IMG/VR virus record: IMGVR_UViG_3300027805_000013
Length of the DNA: 64,000 nt
Strand: one strand, 5' to 3'
Origin: an uncultured virus (IMG/VR IMGVR_UViG_3300027805_000013)
Taxonomy: Duplodnaviria; Heunggongvirae; Uroviricota; Caudoviricetes
The notes under the pieces were generated by a model. It had not been told where the DNA came from. It did not search any database and saw nothing but the letters and a program-made list of their open reading frames with translations. The position numbers and the translations under genes were made by a program. This document shows, one piece after another, positions 28,612 to 38,308 of the stretch; the stretch's first letter is position 1, and the number at the start of each line of letters is the position of its first letter.

Positions 28612-29145
28612 ATGTTACGACATCACCTGGCGGTGTACGCCTGTGCGATTGCTCTTGTCTGGGGTACATGTTTTCATGATCCCCTAGCAAAATGGGCACA
28701 AGCCAACACCCCATTCCAATGGGTTGCAGACTCAACCGTTGAGCTAATCGAACACTTTGAAGGAAAGCGCTACCGAGCCTACCAAGATTATGGCGGCAAC
28801 TGGACAACTGGCATCGGTCATTTAATACGCCAAAAGGACATCCATTTGCTCCACAGGGAGCTTTCTGAGGCAGAGGTGGTGGGTATCCTACACCGTGACC
28901 TAGAAAAGTGCTCTAAAGCCCTAGAATCGGCTTTAAACAGCATTCCTAGAAGGCACCAGATCGATGCGTTAATGAGCCTATGCCACAACATTGGGCCAGA
29001 CAACATGACCCGCTCAGAGGTGGTTAGACATCTTAACGAGGGTAATGTACACAAGGCGGGGGATGCCTTCCTCAACTGGAGCACCCCACCAGTTCTTAAA
29101 AAGCGTAGACAGATAGAGCGGTCGTTGTTTTTAGCTGGGGCGTAA
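28612..29145 (+). CDS. GH24 lysozyme with N-terminal hydrophobic (SAR-like) segment
   Basis: E-X8-D-X5-T triad in FEGKRYRAYQDYGGNWT; RRQIERSLF. Confidence 0.9.
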   Translation: MLRHHLAVYACAIALVWGTCFHDPLAKWAQANTPFQWVADSTVELIEHFEGKRYRAYQDYGGNWTTGIGHLIRQKDIHLLHRELSEAEVVGILHRDLEKCSKALESALNSIPRRHQIDALMSLCHNIGPDNMTRSEVVRHLNEGNVHKAGDAFLNWSTPPVLKKRRQIERSLFLAGA

Positions 29146-29169
29146 ACCCTTGATTTTTTGCATAAGTAG
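29138..29169 (+). promoter_or_regulatory. phage late promoter
   Basis: GGGCG-N16-TGCATAAGTAG. Confidence 0.85.
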
Positions 29170-29209
29170 TATTAGGGAATTGATCACATTTTAACATTGA
29201 GGAAATACC

Positions 29210-29833
29210 ATGGAAGGCTTTAAATCTCTACCAAAGATGCAGTGCTTTAAAGATGGTGGTGCAGTCAAGTCAGCATATTCTAACGGTGGCAAAGCCTATA
29301 AAAATGGCGGTCATTCTGAATCCAAAGAAATGGAAAAAGACATTGCCCAAGACAAGAAGATTGTCAAAAAGGCACTTGCTATGCACGACAAGCAATCACA
29401 CGAAGGCGAGAAGACCGATCTTAAAAAATTAAATAAGGGCGGTCGCATGAAGAAAGAAGGCGGTTGCGTAGCTCGTTATCAAGCTGGCGGTTCTATCAAA
29501 ATGAAGAAAGACTCTGGCGACAAAGACGACATTAAAAAGATCAAATTGACCAAGCCTAAGAAAGCAAAAGCTCCTAGTGCTGCAATGAAAGTAAAAGAAT
29601 CAAACATTAAAGAAAGCATGCCAAGTGGTGGTTTAGATACCATCATGCCTCCTTCTTTAAGTAGCGAAATGCCTTCTCCTCCCATGATGCGTAAGGGTGG
29701 TAATGTTAAAAAATGTTCTACTGGCGGAGCATTAAAAAATGTTGATGCAGAAGACAACCCTGGTTTAGCAGAACTACCAACCCATGTTCGTAACAAAATG
29801 GGTTACAAACGTAACGGCGGAAAGATTTGCTAA
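29210..29833 (+). CDS. Lys-rich protein with nine xxxGG repeats (putative internal head protein)
   Basis: FKDGG, YSNGG, YKNGG, LNKGG, KKEGG, YQAGG, MRKGG, CSTGG, KRNGG. Confidence 0.65.
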   Translation: MEGFKSLPKMQCFKDGGAVKSAYSNGGKAYKNGGHSESKEMEKDIAQDKKIVKKALAMHDKQSHEGEKTDLKKLNKGGRMKKEGGCVARYQAGGSIKMKKDSGDKDDIKKIKLTKPKKAKAPSAAMKVKESNIKESMPSGGLDTIMPPSLSSEMPSPPMMRKGGNVKKCSTGGALKNVDAEDNPGLAELPTHVRNKMGYKRNGGKIC

Positions 29834-29834
29834 T

Positions 29835-30002
29835 ATGCCAATAGAGTCTAAACAGCAACAGAAGGCAATGTACGCCGCCGCGGCTGGTAAGTCAACCCTT
29901 GGCATTCCTAAAAAAGTTGGTAAAGAGTTTATTAAAGCCGGCAAGGCAAAACCAAATCTTCCACAAAAAGTAACTAAACGCGCTTCTGGGCGCGGGAGAT
30001 AA
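29835..30002 (+). CDS. small basic protein ([12 protein letters not shown]...)
   Basis: ATG 29835; Lys/Ala-rich. Confidence 0.65.
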   Translation: MPIESKQQQKAMYAAAAGKSTLGIPKKVGKEFIKAGKAKPNLPQKVTKRASGRGR

Positions 30003-30004
30003 TT

Positions 30005-31072
30005 TTGGCGTATTCTAATACAACTGGTCAGACAACCATTAATGTTGATCAGTTAATTTCATATGCGTTTCGTGATGCTGGTAAAACGGCAGAAGAAATG
30101 ACGCCTGAGTATATTGATGCAGCCAAGCAAGCGTTATTTTATAACTTGCAAAATCTGTCTAACTTAGGTGTTAACCTTTGGTTATTAGAAAACCAACTGT
30201 ATGGTGCGGTAACTGCACAACAACAATTATATTTACCTAAGACCACAATTGATGTGCGTGAGGCTAACTGGGTATACATTATTAATTCACAGGCAGCCGA
30301 GTATTTACCCGTATCTAATCCCGACTCACCCGCAGCATTTGACCAAAACCTCGATGTCCCAGCAACCTCAACCATTGGTGCAAATTTTTTTGGTCTTGAG
30401 TACCAAGATGCACTCCCAGTCTTTTATGTCGGCTTTAACGGGTATGCATCTGGTGGTGGTACTACGACTTACAATTTTGCGTATGAGGTTAGTGATGATG
30501 GTGTAACTTGGACAACTGTAAAACAGTTACCAGAAACTACATTAGCAGATCGTGAGTGGGCGTATTTTAATATTAGCATTACACCAAACCATTACTTTTA
30601 TCGTTTGCGTGAAACCGTGGCAACCACATTCACCGTACGACAGATTGTATTTTCAACCAGCCAACAAGTTATTCCATTAGCACGCCTAAACCGTGACGAC
30701 TACTGGAACCTTCCAAATAAACAGTTTCCATCGGTAAGATCATTACAATACTGGTTTGATCGTACGATTGAGCCTTCTATGTATTTATGGCCGGTACCTA
30801 ACAATGACTTCCAAATGTTCCAATTAATTGTAGAAAAACAAATGGAAGATGTTGGTTCATTGACAAACCAAATTTATGTGCCAGATCGTTGGATTAACTG
30901 TGTGCAAAAACAGTTGTCCCACAGCATGTCTTTGCAACTACCTAATATTGATTTAAACAGAATTCAATATTTAGAAGCACAAGCACAAAAAGCCTACATG
31001 GATGCAGCTAGTGAAGAGCGAGATAAGTCGCCAATTTATTTCCAACCTAACATAAGTTACTACACACGATGA
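30005..31072 (+). CDS. head-tail adaptor/structural protein
   Basis: TTG start after GGAG; YWNLPNK...LWPVP motif. Confidence 0.6.
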   Translation: MAYSNTTGQTTINVDQLISYAFRDAGKTAEEMTPEYIDAAKQALFYNLQNLSNLGVNLWLLENQLYGAVTAQQQLYLPKTTIDVREANWVYIINSQAAEYLPVSNPDSPAAFDQNLDVPATSTIGANFFGLEYQDALPVFYVGFNGYASGGGTTTYNFAYEVSDDGVTWTTVKQLPETTLADREWAYFNISITPNHYFYRLRETVATTFTVRQIVFSTSQQVIPLARLNRDDYWNLPNKQFPSVRSLQYWFDRTIEPSMYLWPVPNNDFQMFQLIVEKQMEDVGSLTNQIYVPDRWINCVQKQLSHSMSLQLPNIDLNRIQYLEAQAQKAYMDAASEERDKSPIYFQPNISYYTR

Positions 31073-31689
31073 GCGGCGCATATGTAATGACCTACGACAA
31101 TCTAGTCGAAGACGTTCAGCGTTACATGGAACGTGATGACGCTGGTTTTGTCGCACAGATCCCCAGCCTAATTGGTTTGGCTGAAGCGGCTATTGCGGCT
31201 GAGTTAAAGTCATTGTTGCAGTTGACTGTGGTAGAAACCACATTGGCAACCAACCAAGATGTGTTGGCTAAACCAGCACGCTGGCGTAAAACAGTATCTA
31301 TGAAAATCAATGGTGCGCCAATATTGTTGCGTTCACAAGATTTTATTGCACAATACCAATCTGAATCTGATAACGCCCAGCCAAAATATTACGGCGAGTA
31401 TGATTATAACAACTGGAACTTTGCACCAAAACCAGATCAAGACTATTCGGTAGAAATTATTTACTATAGTTTAATCCAACCATTGGATTTTTCAAATCAA
31501 CAAAATTTATTTACCCGTGAGTGTCCGCAGGCAATGTTGTTTGGCACTTTATTACAAGCACAAGGCTACTTAAAAGCACTAGACAAGCTACCTGTGTGGA
31601 AAGCATACTACACTGAGTCTTTAGCGGCGTTGAAAAAGGAAGACAACTCACGTCGCATTGATCGAAATACTACGGTCCAGGAACCATAA
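31069..31689 (+). CDS. head-tail adaptor protein
   Basis: P..MLFGTLLQA..YLK pattern; position. Confidence 0.6.
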   Translation: MSGAYVMTYDNLVEDVQRYMERDDAGFVAQIPSLIGLAEAAIAAELKSLLQLTVVETTLATNQDVLAKPARWRKTVSMKINGAPILLRSQDFIAQYQSESDNAQPKYYGEYDYNNWNFAPKPDQDYSVEIIYYSLIQPLDFSNQQNLFTRECPQAMLFGTLLQAQGYLKALDKLPVWKAYYTESLAALKKEDNSRRIDRNTTVQEP

Positions 31690-31692
31690 TAT

Positions 31693-32955
31693 ATGCCAAT
31701 ATTTACATCACCGTTTACCGGCACAGTCGTACAACCAACCGACGTATCGTACTACGAGCTTAATTTTAGTGCAAATGTACAGTTATATTGGCCTGCGGTT
31801 GTTAACCCCCAACAAGTGCCTGCCGCACGCATTATTGACTGCACACCATCCACATCGGGCTTGGTTGTTTCATTACCACAAGCAGATCAAGGTGCTTTAG
31901 GCACAGACATTTTAATCCGTAACTTTGGTGCAAACACATTTACGGTTGAGGATTTTGATGGTACTGGGTCAGTCTCAATCGCTGCTGGTGTATCTAAATA
32001 CTTCTACTTATCTGATAACACCACCTCCGCAGGTATTTGGCAAAATGTCACCTTTGGTGCTGGCACATCATCTGCCGATGCCGCCTCATTAGCCGGTGCT
32101 GGTTTAGTGGCGCTTGCTGGCAAACTAAACACCACACAAAACATTGTGTCTGTGTCATCAACCCCATCAATTACAGACGCAAGCCGTGCCTCCACATTTG
32201 TTTGGACGGGCGGTAATGGTGCGTTTACTCTACCTACGGCGGCTAGTCTAAGTAGCGGTTGGTATATTGCGTTTAGAAATAATGGCACGGGTGCAATCAC
32301 AATTACGCCACAGGGCACTTCGACTATTGACGGTCTAGCTAGTATTACCGTTAATCCAGCCGAATCTGGTTTTATTTTATTCCAGCAATCTACTGGTAAC
32401 TTCTTTACCGTTGGATTATCTGTACCATCGAATGTAACCTTTACATCGGCAACATACGACGTAGACTCTATTGTTGGTAATACATTTAGTTTAGTGTCCT
32501 ACGCACCAATCATTCAAACCTATGTTGCCTTAGCTGGCACTCGTTCGGTTGACTTAGATGTAACATTACCAGCAACCACCCAGTTATATGTGTTGGTAAA
32601 CAACACCGGTCAAGCGGGCTACAATGTTACATTCCAAATTTCGGGCAGTTTACAGACACCCATTCAGTTAGGTAACGGCGGTGTTATTTTGGCGTTAAGC
32701 GACGGTAACCAACTGTATGTGATTAGCCAAACAACAGTAGGTATTTACCTTGCTGATAACGGTTCGGCAGCAGCACCATCGTTTTCCTTTACAAATGATA
32801 CCAACACGGGTATGTATTTAATCGGCACCAGCAACTTAGGATTTACAGCTAACTCAATACTCATGTTAGACATTGATAACACCAACACACTAAGCCCTCA
32901 AATATCTACACCAGCAACATTTAACGCAGGGTTAATAGGTGGCGGGACGTTCTAA
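31693..32955 (+). CDS. tail structural protein
   Basis: Beta-rich; DNGSAAAPSFSF..DTNTG. Confidence 0.6.
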   Translation: MPIFTSPFTGTVVQPTDVSYYELNFSANVQLYWPAVVNPQQVPAARIIDCTPSTSGLVVSLPQADQGALGTDILIRNFGANTFTVEDFDGTGSVSIAAGVSKYFYLSDNTTSAGIWQNVTFGAGTSSADAASLAGAGLVALAGKLNTTQNIVSVSSTPSITDASRASTFVWTGGNGAFTLPTAASLSSGWYIAFRNNGTGAITITPQGTSTIDGLASITVNPAESGFILFQQSTGNFFTVGLSVPSNVTFTSATYDVDSIVGNTFSLVSYAPIIQTYVALAGTRSVDLDVTLPATTQLYVLVNNTGQAGYNVTFQISGSLQTPIQLGNGGVILALSDGNQLYVISQTTVGIYLADNGSAAAPSFSFTNDTNTGMYLIGTSNLGFTANSILMLDIDNTNTLSPQISTPATFNAGLIGGGTF

Positions 32956-35090
32956 TGGCGGAACAAAGTGCAACACAACAGCAGTATAATTTAGTTTATA
33001 CGCTTGGTGTAAAGCCTGGCATTAAACGAGATGGTACTATATTTGAATCACAAGAGTTTAGTGATGGAGAATGGTGCCGTTTCCAGCGTGGTGTGCCTAG
33101 AAAAATGGGTGGCTACCGTGAGTTGTTTGCCACATTTACGGGCATCCCCCGTGGCATGATCTCCAACTCGTTTAACGGCGTTAACTATGTATTCGTTGGC
33201 AACCAATATGGTTTAGAAGTATTTACAACAGGCACTACATTTGGCGTTGGTAGTGGTCCGCTTGTTGCAAATATTTTACCCGGCTACTCGCCATTTACTT
33301 TGGTGTCCAACACAACCAGTACCTTTGTAATTGCTGGTGATGTTACGGCGGCGTTTCCTGCCGCAATGACGGTTATATTTGACGACGACATTACTACCGC
33401 AACTACAGTAGTTAGTGCGGTATATTCGTCACCAAATACAACGGTAACTGTAACGGCCTCCAGTATTGCTGGAACGCCCACAACGGTAGCGTTGTACGAT
33501 GTTACATTTACACCAGATCCAAATCTGTTGTGGCAGTTTGACTTACAGTATTCGCCTGCGGGTGGATCGTTACAAGTGTTGGCGCATCCGGGTCAAAACT
33601 TAGCAAACATTGACAACGCCATCCAGACCCAAGTATTAACGGGTGGGTTGTTACCCGACTCGTTAAACGAGTGGAATTTTTATGGATTGGCTGATACGGG
33701 TGGGCAGAACCCAACCTATCGTCCAATTGTAGTAGACGGCGGTGTGTGCGTGTTGTACCCCTTTACATTTGTGTATGGATCAGACGGATTTATTGCTAAC
33801 AATAATGTTGATACTAATACGACATTAGCGAACTATAATCAGCAGACAATTACTGATTGGAATGGCCCAATAGCTAACCAAGTCAACATGGCTTCGTCTA
33901 AGATTGTTAAGGGCATACCCGTGCGTGGTGGTACTAACTCACCATCTGGATTGTTCTGGGCAACCGATAGTTTGATCCGTGTTTCGTTTACTGGCACGAC
34001 TCCGTTGTACTGGCGTTACGATATTATTTCTAGCCAGATCTCTACCATATCATCTTCGTGCTTTGTTGAGATGGATGGTATTTTTTACTGGATGGGTGTT
34101 GACCGTTTCTACCAATACAATGGTACGGTCTCTGTACTGCCAAATGATAAGAATGTAAATTGGCTATATGATAATCTCAACTTCGTACAGCGCCAAAAGG
34201 TATGGGCGACCAAAGTACCTCGGTATAATGAGATCTGGTTCTTTTATCCCCGTGGCGATGCAACGGAATGCACTGATGCAATCGTATACAATGTTAAGGA
34301 CAAAATTTGGTACGATGCGGGTAGTGCACCAGGGTCACGCAGATCGTGTGGGTATACCACCGAGGTATTTCCAACACCAATCTGGGCTGGATGGGAAGAC
34401 ATTAATACATTTAGCGTACCGTTTGAAGTGATTGACGAGCCACCTAGCGAGTCGCCACCTAATAATAACCAAGTGTATATTAATGGTGATGTAACAGCCA
34501 CCTTTGGTGCTGGCGATTATATCTCGCTGACAAACACAGGAAGCCCTGTGGTTTACCAAATTGTTACTAGCGTGTTTATGTTTACATCTGCCATAACGGC
34601 GACTAACCCAGAGGGTGTGACTTTAATCACAGTGTCTGAAAACTTCGATCCTATTCAAGTAGCTGGCGATTACATCTATTACATTGAGGGTGGTTACCCA
34701 CTCTGGCAGCATGAGTTTGGTACCAACGCAATTACATTTAACCAAGAGTTTGCCATTACTTCTAGCATCACAACTTGTGATATCAGTTGGGTTGGCGGCA
34801 CACCCGCACAAGACTCTGCTAGTGGCATTAATCGTCGCATGCATTTACGCAGAGTAGAGCCAGACTTTGTTCAATCTGGTACAATGGGTATGACAATATT
34901 AGGTCGTAAGTTTGCCCGTGGTGCAACAGAAAATTCTGGCCCATTTTATTTTGATCCAGACACAGGCAAAATTGATTTGCGTGTAGAACATCGTGAAATG
35001 CGATTAAAGTTTGAATCAAATGTATTAGATGGTAATTTTGAAATGGGGCGTTTGCTGTTAACCGTTGAATACGGAGATGAACGTCCATGA
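32955..35090 (+). CDS. tail nozzle/DNA stabilisation protein (P22 gp10-like)
   Basis: 711 aa, beta-propeller-like; NEIWFFYP; position before ejection genes. Confidence 0.6.
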   Translation: MAEQSATQQQYNLVYTLGVKPGIKRDGTIFESQEFSDGEWCRFQRGVPRKMGGYRELFATFTGIPRGMISNSFNGVNYVFVGNQYGLEVFTTGTTFGVGSGPLVANILPGYSPFTLVSNTTSTFVIAGDVTAAFPAAMTVIFDDDITTATTVVSAVYSSPNTTVTVTASSIAGTPTTVALYDVTFTPDPNLLWQFDLQYSPAGGSLQVLAHPGQNLANIDNAIQTQVLTGGLLPDSLNEWNFYGLADTGGQNPTYRPIVVDGGVCVLYPFTFVYGSDGFIANNNVDTNTTLANYNQQTITDWNGPIANQVNMASSKIVKGIPVRGGTNSPSGLFWATDSLIRVSFTGTTPLYWRYDIISSQISTISSSCFVEMDGIFYWMGVDRFYQYNGTVSVLPNDKNVNWLYDNLNFVQRQKVWATKVPRYNEIWFFYPRGDATECTDAIVYNVKDKIWYDAGSAPGSRRSCGYTTEVFPTPIWAGWEDINTFSVPFEVIDEPPSESPPNNNQVYINGDVTATFGAGDYISLTNTGSPVVYQIVTSVFMFTSAITATNPEGVTLITVSENFDPIQVAGDYIYYIEGGYPLWQHEFGTNAITFNQEFAITSSITTCDISWVGGTPAQDSASGINRRMHLRRVEPDFVQSGTMGMTILGRKFARGATENSGPFYFDPDTGKIDLRVEHREMRLKFESNVLDGNFEMGRLLLTVEYGDERP

Positions 35091-35338
35091 GTATTCAAAC
35101 ATACTTCCCGATCAACCCAGAGTATATGTCATGGGAAGATTGGAATGGTAATTTTCTTCACTACTTTGGTGAAGAGCCAATTATGTATGACACTGAGGAT
35201 AACTGGAAACTAGTTGCTAAAAACATTAGTCAGTTAACCACATTTGAAAGTTACCCTGTGCCAGATCCAGAGGCTTTTGATACATGGCAAGAATGGGCAT
35301 CTGCATTGAGTTTTATTTTAAACGGTCCAACACAATAA
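35087..35338 (+). CDS. hypothetical protein
   Basis: Coupled ORF. Confidence 0.65.
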   Translation: MSIQTYFPINPEYMSWEDWNGNFLHYFGEEPIMYDTEDNWKLVAKNISQLTTFESYPVPDPEAFDTWQEWASALSFILNGPTQ

Positions 35339-35339
35339 A

Positions 35340-35702
35340 ATGACACCGACAGAGATTATTAAAGCTGACGCCATTGAGCGCAACATTGATCCTAGTAAAC
35401 TTCTTGTTTCTTTGAGAAAACATCTCGAAGCGCAAGTGGCTGTCATGCTCAGAAAAAATGACTCTGTTCTTATTCTAAAAGAACTTGAGGGTCACGCAAT
35501 GGAACTGCATTTATTTACAAAAGACACGCCGTTAACTTTGGCTCGTTCCATTAAATATTTTGTAGATAAAATTAAGGCATCGGACATTGAAGCAGTTTAC
35601 GGAAAAGCCGATAATGCCGAAATTATAGAGATGCTCAAACGGTTAGGTGTTCCTGTTGAAAACTCTGATCGTCCCGAATTTAACTGGATGGCAAGAGTAT
35701 GA
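35340..35702 (+). CDS. hypothetical protein, possibly GNAT-like
   Basis: Size and position before ejection genes; C-terminal MLKRLG. Confidence 0.45.
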   Translation: MTPTEIIKADAIERNIDPSKLLVSLRKHLEAQVAVMLRKNDSVLILKELEGHAMELHLFTKDTPLTLARSIKYFVDKIKASDIEAVYGKADNAEIIEMLKRLGVPVENSDRPEFNWMARV

Positions 35703-37198
35703 GATATAACCTCGAGACAATGCTCCCCCTCGGTGCTTTTGAGCACTATGGCAATCGCCACATAAAACTTTATGGTGGTGGCGGTTCTTGGAATCCAGTT
35801 GAAATAGTAGAGAATGCTGTCAGTTCCGTAGGTGATGCGGTAAGTGATGTGGTTCAAGGCGCTGGCGATGTATTGGCGGATGTGGATGAATTTGTAGGTG
35901 ACACAATCCCCGGCGGTTGGACAACCGTTGCCTCCGTTGCCGTACCCTATGCGGCTCCCATGGTTACAGGAGCGGCATTAACCGCTGGGCAGGCCGCCGC
36001 ATTAGCTGCCGCAACAAGCGCGACTTCTGGAGCTATACAAGGCAAAGATCCAGAAGACATTTTAAAGAATGCAGCTTTGGCTGCCGCTGGTTCTTATATT
36101 GGCAAGGGTGGGTTATCTGATAGTGGTGTCCCAAATTGGGACGCTGACATTACCGCCGGCGCTGAGGGTTACGCAAATGCCGCTGGTGCTGCTGGTGCGG
36201 GCGCTGGCTCTGGTTTAAGCGCCGACATGAATCTTGATGCCCCATATGTAGACATGCCAGATGGTGAGTATTTATTAAACGAGTCAATAGATCAAGGCGG
36301 TTTACCTAATTGGGATGCTGATATTACTGCTGGTGCGGAAGGTTACGAAGAGGCTGGCGGTTTACCTAGTTACCCCGGCGATTCACAATACATAGAGCAA
36401 GATCTTCAAGAGCAGGCAAGAAATACTGATGTACCATCTGGTAGCTCAACATCGTGGGATCGTGGTGATACATCGCTACCAAGTTTACAAGAAACCGCTA
36501 ATGCAATTAACAAAGCAAGACAAGTATATAATTTAGGCAATGCATTAATGGGCGGTAGTAGTCCTACTGCTCGTACAAGAACTGCTGGTTATTTACCTTC
36601 TGGCATTGAGGATTTGAGTGGCGGTTTTACTGGAAGTTCTGATCTTATTAAAAATCTAACACCCGGTCTAACCGCAGCTAAACAAGATTATACTTTATCT
36701 GGTTTGCCAGATATTGATGAAACAGTTAACCCAGTTCGTTTTGAAGCGGGTGGATCTGTAGATCCGTATGCTACCGATACAACCATCGGTAAGTCTACTT
36801 TAAAACCAGCGCTTACCAAAGCTCAATTAAATTATATCCTAACTGGATTGCCGGGTAACTTAATTGGCAAAGCAGAAGGTGGTTCCATACAAGAACACAA
36901 GCCAGAGTTTTTCTCTGAAGGTGGTTTGGGATCCATGAAAAACCGCTATGTCAAAGGTAGAGGGGATGGCACTAGCGATAGCATTCCAGCCATGTTGGCT
37001 AACGGCGAATTTGTTATACCTGCCGATGTAGTGTCCTCTTTAGGCAATGGTAGTAACGATGCTGGTGCAACAATTTTAGATGAGTTTTTAAAGACAATTA
37101 GAAAACACAAAAGGGCGGCGGATGTGAAGAAATTACCTCCAGATAGTAAGGGCGCTTTGGGTTATTTATTAGAAGCAAAACGTAAGGTGAAAGCATAA
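35699..37198 (+). CDS. putative ejection/internal virion protein
   Basis: Ala/Gly-rich; C-terminal GDGTSDSIPAMLANGEFV domain. Confidence 0.6.
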   Translation: MRYNLETMLPLGAFEHYGNRHIKLYGGGGSWNPVEIVENAVSSVGDAVSDVVQGAGDVLADVDEFVGDTIPGGWTTVASVAVPYAAPMVTGAALTAGQAAALAAATSATSGAIQGKDPEDILKNAALAAAGSYIGKGGLSDSGVPNWDADITAGAEGYANAAGAAGAGAGSGLSADMNLDAPYVDMPDGEYLLNESIDQGGLPNWDADITAGAEGYEEAGGLPSYPGDSQYIEQDLQEQARNTDVPSGSSTSWDRGDTSLPSLQETANAINKARQVYNLGNALMGGSSPTARTRTAGYLPSGIEDLSGGFTGSSDLIKNLTPGLTAAKQDYTLSGLPDIDETVNPVRFEAGGSVDPYATDTTIGKSTLKPALTKAQLNYILTGLPGNLIGKAEGGSIQEHKPEFFSEGGLGSMKNRYVKGRGDGTSDSIPAMLANGEFVIPADVVSSLGNGSNDAGATILDEFLKTIRKHKRAADVKKLPPDSKGALGYLLEAKRKVKA

Positions 37199-37199
37199 T

Positions 37200-38300
37200 A
37201 TGGCTGGCTTAAATGACATTATCTCTAATACCGCGCAACAGCAAACCACGCTACCCGCTTGGTTTGACACAGCGCAACAAAATGTAGTTAGCGGAGCGCA
37301 ACAAGCGTATAATGTTGCACCAACACCCGGTCAAACTGTTGCTCAAAACGCTATCAATACTCTGTCTGGTCCAACCAATCCGTTTACGCAAGCGGCTGGA
37401 ACTTTACAGAACATTGCTACTGGTGCAGCCAATCCATGGATCACCAGCCCAACGGGACAAATAACTCCTAATACCAATACCGCATTGGGTGGATTGTTCC
37501 AAGCACAGAATCAGCAATTGGAACAGTTAATGCCAAACATTACCTCTCCAGTAACGGGGGCATCGATTGGCACAGGACAGTTTGGTAGTTTGCGTGGGAA
37601 AACTGCTGTCAACAAAGCAATGGCAGATGCTCAAGCGCAGTTGTTTGCCGATCAAATGAAAACGGCATTACAAAACCAACAGACTGGTGTAAGTGCCGCA
37701 GCCAATGTGGGTAACATAACCCAACAAGATATTAACAACCTATTAACCGTTGGTCAATACCAACAAGCCGCACCGTTTACCAATGTATCTAACTTAGGTA
37801 AAGTTATCGGTGGTATTCAAGCCCCAACTAAAGTTTCCAATCAAACACAAATATCACCACTTAACCAGATCCTTGGTATCGCCACAGCGTTGGGTGGTAC
37901 AACGGGCAATACTGGTTTACTAAGACAGTTAGGCGTAACGGGCGGATTGCCCGGCTTACTGGGCGGTGCAAAAGACCTACTTACAGGAGCATTAAAAACT
38001 CAATACTCTGGTCAAACGGGTCTGCCCGCTGGACCGGGTGCTCCATCGGAAGTTCAAGATGCAGCAGGAAATGTAAAAGAAGGATACTTCTCTGACGAAG
38101 AAGGTAACTGGTACGGCCCTAATAGCTATTTACCAATTGCTGGACCAGATTCTAGTATTGGTGGCGGTGGTGGGGGTTTTGATTATGATTGGGGATCTGA
38201 CACTGTTGACCTTGGTGATATTGGTGGCGGTGGTCTTGAACTTGGTGGTAATATTGGCGATGATTGGGGTTCCGATTTCGTGGACTTCAACTTCGGCTAA
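37200..38300 (+). CDS. putative ejection protein
   Basis: Gln/Ala/Gly-rich. Confidence 0.55.
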   Translation: MAGLNDIISNTAQQQTTLPAWFDTAQQNVVSGAQQAYNVAPTPGQTVAQNAINTLSGPTNPFTQAAGTLQNIATGAANPWITSPTGQITPNTNTALGGLFQAQNQQLEQLMPNITSPVTGASIGTGQFGSLRGKTAVNKAMADAQAQLFADQMKTALQNQQTGVSAAANVGNITQQDINNLLTVGQYQQAAPFTNVSNLGKVIGGIQAPTKVSNQTQISPLNQILGIATALGGTTGNTGLLRQLGVTGGLPGLLGGAKDLLTGALKTQYSGQTGLPAGPGAPSEVQDAAGNVKEGYFSDEEGNWYGPNSYLPIAGPDSSIGGGGGGFDYDWGSDTVDLGDIGGGGLELGGNIGDDWGSDFVDFNFG

Positions 38301-38308
38301 GGATAAAT

